Assembly (NCBI GenBank): GCA_000025185.1
Contig: CP001848.1
Location: 5,970,001-6,002,000 of the forward strand
DNA length: 32,000 nt
Direction: 5' to 3'
From: Pirellula staleyi DSM 6068
GTDB taxonomy: Bacteria; Planctomycetota; Planctomycetia; Pirellulales; Pirellulaceae
In this document: in pieces, positions 18,303-26,354 of the stretch
How the letters are laid out: every line of letters starts with the position of its first letter
Position numbering within the stretch: the stretch's first letter is position 1
The notes under the pieces: generated by a model
Seen by the model: only the letters and a program-made list of their open reading frames with translations
Database searches by the model: none
Told to the model about the DNA's origin: nothing
Program-made: the position numbers and the translations under genes

Positions 18303-19739
18303 ATGCTTCGACAACTTGCAATCGCTCTGTTTGGCACGGCGATCTTAGCGACCATGCTCTCTAGCGCTGCCCACGCTGCGCCGCGCAATATCGTCGTGAT
18401 TGTGGCCGACGATCTTTCGCCCGATCTCGGCTGTTATGGCAACCAAGTGATCCAGACACCGCACATCGATGCCCTGGCGCGCGAGGGGACTCGGCTGACC
18501 GATGCGATGTGCACTACCGCCAGTTGCTCGGCCAGCCGCAGTGTGATCCTGACCGGCATCCACAACCACGCCAACGCCCAGTTTGGTCACGAGCACGCTT
18601 ATCACCATTTCCGGGCCTACGACAACATCAAATCGCTCCCCGTTTTGCTCGCCGCCAAAGGCTATCGGACCGGCCGGATCGGAAAGCTACATGTCGGTCC
18701 TCCCGAAGTTTTCAAATGGGAAACCAACCTCACCGGTCCCGAGCGAAACCCGGTGCAAATGGCCGAAAATTGTCGCAAATTCATCACCGAGCAGAGCGAC
18801 AAGCCGTTCTTTTTGTACTTTGCCACCGCCGACCCCCACCGCAGCGGCGGCGTGGTGAAAGATCATCCCGAACAGCCAAACGAGTTTGGCAATCGCCCCG
18901 CAGGTTACCCCGGGGTGAAGGAAGTCACCTACAAGTCTGAAGAGGTGATTGTGCCGCCATTTTTGCCCGACAACGGAGCAGCACGTGCCGAGTTGGCGCA
19001 GTACTACCAAAGCGTATCGCGCGTCGATCAAGGGGTCGGCAAACTCGTCGCAATACTGAAAGAAGCGGGGGTGTACGACGACACGCTGATCCTCTTCACG
19101 AGCGATCATGGAATTGCGATGCCAGGTGGCAAGACCACGCTCTACGATCCTGGGATGCGAGTCCCCATGATTTTGCGAGGCCCCGGCATTCCCGCCGCGC
19201 CAGCAGGGAGTGCCGCTGGACGCTCGAGTTCGATCATGGTTTCGCATGTCGACCTCACCCCGACGCTGCTCGATTTTGCAGGGATCGATCTCGCGCAGAC
19301 CGATGTACAGGGACGTTCGTACCTCAAGGCTCTCGCCGAGGAGAAACCGGCCGCTTGGGACGAAGTGTATGCTTCGCACACGTTTCACGAGATCACGATG
19401 TACTACCCGATGCGTGTGGTGCGCGGTCGGCAGTACAAACTGATCTGGAACATCGCGGGGCCACTCCCCTTCCCGTTCGCTAGCGATTTGTGGGCGGCAC
19501 CCACTTGGCAATCAGCCTATAAGCTTGGCCCCAGCGCGCTCTATGGCAAACGAACCGTCGACAATTACATCCACCGCGACACCTTCGAGCTCTACGACAT
19601 CGAGTCTGATCCCGACGAAGTCCACAACCTCGCCGCCGATCCCAAGCACGCAGAAACTCTCGCCAAGCTCAAAGCGAAGCTCAAAACCTTCCAAGAAAAA
19701 ACCAAGGACCCTTGGATCCTGAAGTGGGAGTATGAGTAG
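18303..19739 (+). CDS. Cys-type sulfatase (N-sulfoglucosamine sulfohydrolase-like)
   Basis: The signal peptide is MLRQLAIALFGTAILATMLSSAAHA. NIVVIVADDL is present. The active-site block is CTTASCSASRSVILTG (C-x-A-x-R variant of the formylglycine motif). GKLH and TSDHG are also present. Confidence 0.9.
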   Translation: MLRQLAIALFGTAILATMLSSAAHAAPRNIVVIVADDLSPDLGCYGNQVIQTPHIDALAREGTRLTDAMCTTASCSASRSVILTGIHNHANAQFGHEHAYHHFRAYDNIKSLPVLLAAKGYRTGRIGKLHVGPPEVFKWETNLTGPERNPVQMAENCRKFITEQSDKPFFLYFATADPHRSGGVVKDHPEQPNEFGNRPAGYPGVKEVTYKSEEVIVPPFLPDNGAARAELAQYYQSVSRVDQGVGKLVAILKEAGVYDDTLILFTSDHGIAMPGGKTTLYDPGMRVPMILRGPGIPAAPAGSAAGRSSSIMVSHVDLTPTLLDFAGIDLAQTDVQGRSYLKALAEEKPAAWDEVYASHTFHEITMYYPMRVVRGRQYKLIWNIAGPLPFPFASDLWAAPTWQSAYKLGPSALYGKRTVDNYIHRDTFELYDIESDPDEVHNLAADPKHAETLAKLKAKLKTFQEKTKDPWILKWEYE

Positions 19740-19789
19740 GAAGGGGCGGGAGGCGAGGGAGGCTAGGCTATCCCATGGCGGGGCAAGAA

Positions 19790-21090
19790 TTAATTTGATT
19801 AGCTCGGCCAGCCTGTGGCGGGGTGTCGTAGGCACCAGAAGTCTACTATTCGTTGCTATAACAATAAATTCTTGTCAAATCAGTCATTGTCACGACACGG
19901 CCCGCCAAACTGTGACCATATCAACCTACAGAAACTACAAATCTATGTCATCTGACAATGAAAATAGTCGACTTGACTCTGAGTGGGTAACATTGAACGC
20001 TGTGCGAGAGCTAGTCCGAATGGCCACTAAAGGAGATAGTAGCCAAAGCACTTATGAGCGGGCCCTAGAATTTGGTGCAGTGATTTGCCCGAAGATACTT
20101 GGGCCAGATGTAAGCCTTATTAGACTACATCGCGAGAGCGACACAGCAAGAGAATTTAGGCAACGGGCAATCGCAATGACCCTAGAGTCTGGCGAGAATG
20201 TGGAGCCAGTCGAACTACTTGACCAAGCAATCAATGAACTTCGCAAGCTACAAAACACTGCCAAAGACTATAAAAACAGTACTGACGGCTTAAAGCGACG
20301 ACTTCACGAACTAGAAAAGGCCAAGAGTGAGATCGCTCCACAGGAACATTCGGAACATGAGATTATCTTTCGCGATGTTTACAATATTGAAAGAAAAGTT
20401 CCGGAAATTGGACGAGAGAAGTCTTACCGTGACTTTCGACTCCCCGACGATAACATACTTCGAATACGCGTTTTTCATCCAGACAAACCAGAGCATATAA
20501 GTGGGGCAGATATCGTCTACGAAAAACATCATCCGTCAGAAGAGAAAGCGACTATCGCGGCAATTCAGTATAAAATATGGGAAGATAAAACATTATATTT
20601 GAACGATACTCGCATGAAAGACCAGCTGGCCAAACTAAAAAGTTTCACCTGCGATAAGAACACTTGCGTTGCCAATTCTACGGACCATTCCTTTCGTTTT
20701 CCATTTTGCGCCAGCTTCCTTCGCCCCACTGACCGCCTACAACTTCCAAACCAAAAACTAATTTCGAGCGGAGAACACATTCCGATTTGCCAGATAAATG
20801 CAGTCAAATCAACTGGTCCCAAGGGCGCTGAGTGCCTAACTTACGCCAACATCAGAAAAATGTCACTTTCGCACGAAGAGTTTGAAAGCCTTTTCTCTAC
20901 AGGAAAAATTGGTTCCCGCACGCTGACATACACTGAACTGCGTGAGCTATATGAAGACATTCCTGAATTATCGAATTCCAATCGGCTCTTCATTCACGTG
21001 CAGGATTTTGAATCGGCATTCGATAGCCAGCCCACCTTTTTCGACACATGACTTCAACTAACTGATGCTCAGTGTTCTACGCAACTTTCG
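19790..21090. other. Low-GC islet (sampled lines about 35-50 % GC versus about 60-65 % in flanks) containing a single orphan gene
   Basis: The compositional break is visible by eye at about 19790 (aattaatttgattag...) and about 21090. I saw no integrase, tRNA or convincing direct repeats. Confidence 0.5.
19945..21051 (+). CDS. Hypothetical protein; helical N-terminal half plus C-terminal PD-(D/E)xK (Mrr-like D...QxK) nuclease-fold candidate
   Basis: I chose ATG 19945 (MSSDNENS...); the track extends to 19732 through GC-rich non-homologous sequence. The core is ILRIRVFHPDKPEHISGADIVYEKHHPSEEKATIAAIQYKIWE, read as strand, then a strand ending in D, then a strand with QxK. Codon usage is AT-rich. 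Confidence 0.6.
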   Translation: MSSDNENSRLDSEWVTLNAVRELVRMATKGDSSQSTYERALEFGAVICPKILGPDVSLIRLHRESDTAREFRQRAIAMTLESGENVEPVELLDQAINELRKLQNTAKDYKNSTDGLKRRLHELEKAKSEIAPQEHSEHEIIFRDVYNIERKVPEIGREKSYRDFRLPDDNILRIRVFHPDKPEHISGADIVYEKHHPSEEKATIAAIQYKIWEDKTLYLNDTRMKDQLAKLKSFTCDKNTCVANSTDHSFRFPFCASFLRPTDRLQLPNQKLISSGEHIPICQINAVKSTGPKGAECLTYANIRKMSLSHEEFESLFSTGKIGSRTLTYTELRELYEDIPELSNSNRLFIHVQDFESAFDSQPTFFDT

Positions 21091-21580
21091 CGATTGTGGA
21101 CTTCAGAAGCCTCGAGCCAGACAAGCAGCCCACGTTCTGTTCGAAGCCTTGCCCAGAACGGTAACGCTGGCAATTCATTCCTGCGACGAGAGCCTCCCAA
21201 TGCTGCGCAGCCCGACCATGTTATGACAAAATCCCTGGCCCCCGCTCCGCTCTGCCCCTTCCTCGTAGCGAACCTGCGAGTGCATTTCGGCGTCTCTAGG
21301 CGTTGCTAGCGACGACGTAATCGGAATATTGTGGCGCTCGGTGGTCGAGAAACCTGTTGCCACGAGCCGATTTACCAAGGCCGGATCGTTCTGCAGACGA
21401 TCGGCTGCTGGCAACTTGGCGAAGATAGCTCGGGCTGGGAAATCTGCGGCGAGATTCATCGCTCTGCCGTTTTCCTCGTTGCTGGCAAGCGGTATGCTCA
21501 ACCTTGGTGTGCAGTCGGGTATCGTTCGGTGTTCGCTGCACGGGGTATGTTCGGTAGCTTTCGCGCGTGATAGGCAGTTT

Positions 21581-22849
21581 ATGAGCCAGTCGTCTAATGG
21601 GGTTGATTCTGAGAACCAAGAGCCACTGAAGCCATTTCGCATTCAGCTGGCAGAGCGAGTCCAAAAGCTTCCTCAGTACGTGCTGGCGAAAGTCAACGCC
21701 CTGCTCCACTCCAAGCGTAAAGCTGGAGAAGATGTGATCGACCTGGGTATGGGTAACCCCAGCGAGCCGCCCCACCCGATGGTGATCGAAAAGCTAGCCG
21801 AAGCCGCTCACGACCCGAACAACCACGGCTACAGCAAAGCCAATGGCATTCAGAACTTGCGCCGCGAAGTCGCCGGCAAGTACTTCAAAAAATTTGGCGT
21901 TCGGCTCGATCCCGACACCGAGGTGATCACCACCATCGGCAGTAAGGAAGGCTTCAGCCACATGATCCTCGCCACCATGGGTGCTGGCGAAACGGCGATC
22001 ATTCCGGCTCCTTATTTTCCCGCGCACATGTACGCGATCGTGATGGCATCGGGCAACGTGATTGCCCTGGATGTCTCCGATAGCGAAAAGTTCCTCAAGA
22101 ACGTCGCTTACACCTGCGAACAGCTGTACCCCAAGCCCAAGCTGCTGGTGGTGAACTATCCCCATAATCCGTCGAGCCTTACGGTCGAGCCCGAGTTCTA
22201 CGTCGATGTGGTGAAGATCGCCAAAAAGTATGGCCTGATGGTGATCAGCGACTTTGCCTATGCCGACGTTGCTTTCGACGGCTATCAGCCGCCAAGCTTC
22301 CTCGCCGCTCCCGGCGCCAAAGATGTTGGCGTCGAATTCACCACGATGAGCAAGGGCTACAACATGGCCGGCTGGCGTGTTGGGTTCTGCTGCGGCAATC
22401 CCGAGATGGTGAAAGCTCTGGGGATTATCAAAGGCTACTACGATTACGGCCTGTTCCAGGCGATTCAGATCGCTTCGATCGTCGCCCTGCGTCACACCGA
22501 CGCTGCCGTCGAAGCCCAATCGAAACTCTACCAAGCTCGCCGCGATATCGTGCTCGAGGGTCTCCGCAAGCAAGGCTGGCAAGTCGAAACGCCTCGCGCT
22601 GGCATGTTTGTGTGGGCGAAGTACCCCGAACCTTGGGCCAGCCAAATGTCGAGCGTCGATTTCGCCATGAAATTGCTCGAAGAGGCCAATGTCGCTGCCA
22701 GCCCCGGTACTGGCTTCGGCCCCGCTGGTGAAGGCTTCCTGCGGATGGCCCTCGTCGAGAACGAAAACCGGCTCCGCCAAGCGATTCGCCAAATGGGACG
22801 CGTCCTTGATCGCGGAACCAAAAGCAGCCCCGAAAAGCAGCTGTCGTAG
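21581..22849 (+). CDS. Class I/II PLP-dependent aminotransferase (AlaC/YfdZ-like alanine transaminase type)
   Basis: I chose ATG 21581 (MSQSSNG...). [10 protein letters not shown]...[12 protein letters not shown]...HGYS...[20 protein letters not shown] and the PLP-lysine block [15 protein letters not shown] are present. The track start at 21329 adds about 84 implausible residues. Confidence 0.88.
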   Translation: MSQSSNGVDSENQEPLKPFRIQLAERVQKLPQYVLAKVNALLHSKRKAGEDVIDLGMGNPSEPPHPMVIEKLAEAAHDPNNHGYSKANGIQNLRREVAGKYFKKFGVRLDPDTEVITTIGSKEGFSHMILATMGAGETAIIPAPYFPAHMYAIVMASGNVIALDVSDSEKFLKNVAYTCEQLYPKPKLLVVNYPHNPSSLTVEPEFYVDVVKIAKKYGLMVISDFAYADVAFDGYQPPSFLAAPGAKDVGVEFTTMSKGYNMAGWRVGFCCGNPEMVKALGIIKGYYDYGLFQAIQIASIVALRHTDAAVEAQSKLYQARRDIVLEGLRKQGWQVETPRAGMFVWAKYPEPWASQMSSVDFAMKLLEEANVAASPGTGFGPAGEGFLRMALVENENRLRQAIRQMGRVLDRGTKSSPEKQLS

Positions 22850-23018
22850 GCTCTCGATTCGGCTGAGCTAGCGAACATGTAATCTGTTTCGCGACAGATG
22901 TTTCTTGCACTGCTGGACCAATCCAACAGTGCTACCCAGCCGACTCTCTTCAGTCCTTTTCTGGGGCTGGTCCTAGCCGACGATTGTCGACTTTGCTATG
23001 ATTCTTGGAATTCGAAAC

Positions 23019-23054
23019 GGCCGGATACGCTCCCTTTGAAGCGTCCGGCCTTTT
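23019..23054 (+). terminator. Plus-strand intrinsic terminator about 170 nt downstream of the aminotransferase
   Basis: GGCCGGA (23019-23025) pairs with TCCGGCC (23044-23050), and an inner CGC/GCG pairing is possible. TTTTC follows. Confidence 0.45.
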
Positions 23055-23247
23055 CTACGCGCACACGACGCCTGGATGCTTCGGTCCGCACAGCTGCAGG
23101 GATGCTCGACGAGTGTCGCTTTCGCTTCTGAAACAGCAGCGAGCGACGCCCTGGATGTGGCAACTGGCGAGCGCGAGAGATCGAAGAGTTTTTTCCATCC
23201 CTTGTCCCGATGCAATCCACTGCGGCACTGGCAACGGCTGCGGTGAC

Positions 23248-23292
23248 AAGAAATAAAAGAAGGGCACCTGTTCGCCGCAACAGATGCCCTTC
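23248..23292 (-). terminator. Minus-strand-oriented intrinsic terminator with no annotated gene upstream of it
   Basis: A 14-bp stem pairs 23259-23272 with 23279-23292. The single imperfect position is a C.A mismatch in plus-strand RNA but a G.U wobble in minus-strand RNA. On the minus strand the hairpin is followed by UUUUAUUUCUU. Confidence 0.45.
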
Positions 23293-23413
23293 CGAGTATG
23301 ACTGCACAAGTGCAAGCCTTGCGGTTTGCACTCTAAGACCCACAGCCATACGAACTGTTATCGGGACAACTCTACCTGCAACTTGAAGACGGCAGCGGAG
23401 CAATCGAACGGCC

Positions 23414-24565
23414 ATGACGCAAATCGCAAAGCTTGCACTCGAAGACGGCACGGTTTTCACCGGGACAGCTTGGGGCGCAATCGGCGAACGAGATGGTGAA
23501 GTCTGCTTCAACACCTCGATGACCGGCTACCAGGAAATTCTCACCGATCCGAGCTATCGCGGCCAAATTGTCACCATGACCTACACGGAAATGGGGAACT
23601 ATGGCGTCAATCTCGAAGACCTCGAGAGCGAAAAGCCGCATCTCGCCGGTTTTGTCGTGAAGCAACTCAGCCAGCGTCCGAGCAATTTTCGCTCGCAGCA
23701 ATCACTGCACGATTACTTGGCTCGCCATGGCATCGTTGGCATTGCTGGCATCGACACGCGTGCACTGGTCCGTCGTCTGCGAACCCAAGGCGCGATGAAG
23801 GGTGTGATCTCGAGCATCGATCTCGACAACGAGAGCCTGGTGCGAAAGGCGAAGAACAGCCCGGGACTCGTCGGGCGCGATCTGGTCCGCGAAGTGATGC
23901 CCACCGCTCCCCGCAACTGGACTGAAGGGCTCAACACCTGGGCCAAATTGCCGCTCGAATCGAATCCCGCCTTTGCCGACAAGCAGCTGCATGTGGTGGC
24001 GCTCGACTACGGCATGAAGTGGAATATCGCTCGCCATCTCAGCGACGAAGGTTGCCGCGTGACGATTCTGCCCGGCACAGCGACCGCAGAAGAAGTGCTG
24101 TCGTACGAGCCCGATGGAGTGTTCCTTTCCAACGGCCCGGGCGACCCCGAGCCACTGGTTTACGCCCAGGACTGCATTCGCGGACTCCTTGGCGAAGTTC
24201 CAGTGTTTGGCATTTGCCTCGGGCATCAGCTCCTTGGACTGGCGGCTGGCGCGAAGACGTTCAAGCTCAAGTTTGGTCATCGTGGAGCTAATCAGCCGGT
24301 GCAAAATCTGCTGACCGGCAAGATCGAAATCACTTCGCAAAATCACGGTTTTGCGGTCGACGATACGACCTTGCCAGCCTGCCTGGAAGTGACACATCGC
24401 AACCTGAACGACAACACAGTCGCCGGGCTGCGTCACAAAGAATTCCCGGCTTTCAGCGTGCAGTATCACCCCGAGAGCAGCGCCGGCCCGCACGACAGCC
24501 GCTACCTGTTCCGCCAATTCCGCGAACAGATGCTGGCCCAAGAAGCAGCCACCCCCTCGAGCTAG
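23414..24565 (+). CDS. carA: Carbamoyl-phosphate synthase small (glutamine amidotransferase) subunit
   Basis: 383 aa. LALEDGTVFTG..WGA...GEVCFNTSMTGYQEILTDPSY.GQIV.MTY is present. The GATase catalytic block is VPVFGICLGHQLL, and the sequence ends with the YHPES motif. Confidence 0.93.
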   Translation: MTQIAKLALEDGTVFTGTAWGAIGERDGEVCFNTSMTGYQEILTDPSYRGQIVTMTYTEMGNYGVNLEDLESEKPHLAGFVVKQLSQRPSNFRSQQSLHDYLARHGIVGIAGIDTRALVRRLRTQGAMKGVISSIDLDNESLVRKAKNSPGLVGRDLVREVMPTAPRNWTEGLNTWAKLPLESNPAFADKQLHVVALDYGMKWNIARHLSDEGCRVTILPGTATAEEVLSYEPDGVFLSNGPGDPEPLVYAQDCIRGLLGEVPVFGICLGHQLLGLAAGAKTFKLKFGHRGANQPVQNLLTGKIEITSQNHGFAVDDTTLPACLEVTHRNLNDNTVAGLRHKEFPAFSVQYHPESSAGPHDSRYLFRQFREQMLAQEAATPSS

Positions 24566-24577
24566 TTCGATGGTTTT

Positions 24578-24602
24578 GTAGGGTCGGTTCCACCGGCCCT
24601 AC
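24578..24602. terminator. GC-rich hairpin between convergent carA and the last gene of the GTPase cluster (non-canonical, no U-tract)
   Basis: GTAGGGTCGG ttcca CCGGCCCTAC forms a 10-bp stem with one G.U pair. It sits in the 53-nt gap between two convergent stop codons. Confidence 0.3.
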
Positions 24603-24618
24603 ACGGTTGCTGAAATGC

Positions 24619-25359
24619 TTAATTCAGACTCGCCAGATCGGCGAGGTCGATGACGCAGACATCTGCGGTACGCCGCAACTGGCGGATGATCTGCTGCTCG
24701 CACGAGGGGACAACGTGCAGATGAAACGGACGTCGCTGCGAGATGCGAAGTCCTGTCGAGAAACTCACTTGCAGCCGCTCTGCCGGGGTGAGTAGTTCCA
24801 AAGCGCCGCTGAGAAGTCCCTCGACATCGTCGTCGGCAACCAGCACCACCTGCGCTCGACCGCGAAGCAGCGTGGCCAATTGCTCCATCGGCTCTTCCCC
24901 CCACAGCGCGCGGCATTTCGCGATCCGATCGGCGGAAGTTCCAGCCGCACTCCCCACCAGCCGAAAGCTCAGCAGCGTGTCGGGCAGATGAGGATCAACC
25001 ATCCAGCGCCCCGATGCGGCCACCGCTTCGAGGACCAGCAGCGGATGATTGTCAAACCGCATCATCCCCTCGCGCGGCAGGACGAGAATCTGCGAATAGA
25101 TCCGTCCACCTCCTCGTCCGCTGTACTCGCTCCCATTGCGGGTGGTTAGCGACAGGACAAAATGTTCGCTGCCGAGTGGGTGAAAGTTCACGCTGGTCGC
25201 TTCATGCACGTCGCTGATGAGCGAATCGTGCGCGGGGCCCCAGATCGAAAGCTCGCGCGCCATTTCGCTGGTGATACCACGACTGGCCCGAGCGAGTTGA
25301 TAGCCTTCGCGTTGCTGCTCGGCTACCGACGTAAAAATTGCCTGCTGAACCACCATCAT
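24619..25359 (-). CDS. Hypothetical 246-aa protein, putative GTPase partner (N-terminus reminiscent of GTPase-associated GAP1-N-type domains)
   Basis: It is the last gene of the four-gene cluster. The N-terminus VVQQAIFTSVAEQQREGYQLARASRGITSE resembles the Q-x-x-[YF]-T-S...G[YF]Q..A.S.G signature I recall for GTPase-associated proteins. No catalytic motif is evident. Confidence 0.6.
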   Translation of the reverse strand: MMVVQQAIFTSVAEQQREGYQLARASRGITSEMARELSIWGPAHDSLISDVHEATSVNFHPLGSEHFVLSLTTRNGSEYSGRGGGRIYSQILVLPREGMMRFDNHPLLVLEAVAASGRWMVDPHLPDTLLSFRLVGSAAGTSADRIAKCRALWGEEPMEQLATLLRGRAQVVLVADDDVEGLLSGALELLTPAERLQVSFSTGLRISQRRPFHLHVVPSCEQQIIRQLRRTADVCVIDLADLASLN

Positions 25360-25448
25360 GGTCGTCGACTCCTTGGCAAGAGTTTGGCAGGTCGTTGGAG
25401 GAAGCTAAAAAAGGGCCCAATCTTTGTGACCAGCGAGGGGCGACTGCA

Positions 25449-26354
25449 CTAGTTCGCAATTTCATCGAGCAGCCACACAAACGGCTCTGTGACGCCGCGG
25501 GGTTCGATGCGTAGCGGCACATGCACACGGCCACGACCTTCTAAACGATAGCCGCACGCCCCGGCCACGCCGGTCGCAAAAAACCGGTGTCGCTTCAGAC
25601 GTTCGCGACACTGCTGAAAGAGCCCAGGGGTATGCCGCTTTGCAAAAGCTTGCGGATCGTGGAAGCAATGTTCGCAAAGGTCGGCCTTCGTGAAGATCAG
25701 CGATACGGGCCGATTTTGCCAACCACTTTTGGGGTCGTTTTGCAACTCACACAGATAGCTGATGAGCTTCATCGTGTGAAAGTCTTCGTCGCTCTGGCCG
25801 GATTCCACTCGAGGCGCATCGATCAGCACCATCACGCCGCTGCAGCGCGACAAAAAGGCCTTCACTACCGGATAGGTATTGGGATGGTCGACCTCTTCGA
25901 GCAATGCTTCACCCGCAAGATCGGGCATGATCAGTTCGATCGGATTGCGGCGTCGGCGAAGTACTTGGCAGTGCGTCCAGTTCCAGCGATCAGGTTCGTT
26001 CGGGGTCTTCGAGGGAAATTCGCACCTGGCGAGTGATGCCATCACATGCTGCTGTAGTGCGATCGAAAATGCCCCTCGGGCGAGCAATTGCAGCGGTTCT
26101 ACTTGACGCGACAACATGTCGGTCAGCATGCCGAGATACACCGTTTTTCCCGCACCCGAAGGACCGATGCAGGCCACCATCCGGGGATGGATTTTCTGCG
26201 AAGTCGCTTGATAAGCGAGCGCCATCGGCGCTTGGCAATGCCGACAGAGTTCCGCGTCGAAATTGTTCCCGCCGCCACAGATGTAGCAGGGACAGGCCAC
26301 GGTGTACTGCGCCAGTCGATACGAATCCATCGCGAGTGTGCCAGTGGTTCTCAT
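25449..26354 (-). CDS. Zinc-ribbon-fused P-loop GTPase (TRAFAC-like)
   Basis: The N-terminal CPCYIC...CRHC provides four Cys as CxxC...CxxC. G1 is GPSGAGKT, G3 is MPDLAGE (DxxG) and G4 is FTKADL ([NT]KxD). The ATG at 26354 overlaps the upstream stop in ATGA. An alternative start is M9 at 26330. Confidence 0.75.
   Translation of the reverse strand: MRTTGTLAMDSYRLAQYTVACPCYICGGGNNFDAELCRHCQAPMALAYQATSQKIHPRMVACIGPSGAGKTVYLGMLTDMLSRQVEPLQLLARGAFSIALQQHVMASLARCEFPSKTPNEPDRWNWTHCQVLRRRRNPIELIMPDLAGEALLEEVDHPNTYPVVKAFLSRCSGVMVLIDAPRVESGQSDEDFHTMKLISYLCELQNDPKSGWQNRPVSLIFTKADLCEHCFHDPQAFAKRHTPGLFQQCRERLKRHRFFATGVAGACGYRLEGRGRVHVPLRIEPRGVTEPFVWLLDEIAN

Noticed and set aside
18521-18535. The sulfatase active-site motif reads C-S-A-S-R rather than C-x-P-x-R
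   Set aside because: The accepted formylglycine motif is (C/S)-x-(P/A)-x-R, so Ala at this position is within known variation and is not an anomaly.
19738-19770. Purine/G-rich tract GGAAGGGGCGGGAGGCGAGGGAGG after the sulfatase stop; possible G-quadruplex
   Set aside because: It has only three runs of at least 3 G plus GG runs, so it is marginal for a stable G4, and there is no supporting context.
19738-21263. A 10-nt inverted match, AGGAAGGGGC (19738-19747) with GCCCCTTCCT (21254-21263), bracketing the low-GC islet; possible terminal inverted repeats
   Set aside because: Only 10 nt match and the similarity does not extend. The right copy lies about 160 bp beyond the compositional boundary, and no transposase is present. 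I found it by targeted looking, so chance is plausible.
21794-22792. 332-aa minus-strand ORF
   Set aside because: It is antisense to the aminotransferase, whose PLP-enzyme motifs are unambiguous. The shadow frame has no recognisable domain.
23702-24541. 279-aa minus-strand ORF
   Set aside because: It is antisense to carA, whose GATase motifs are clear on the plus strand.
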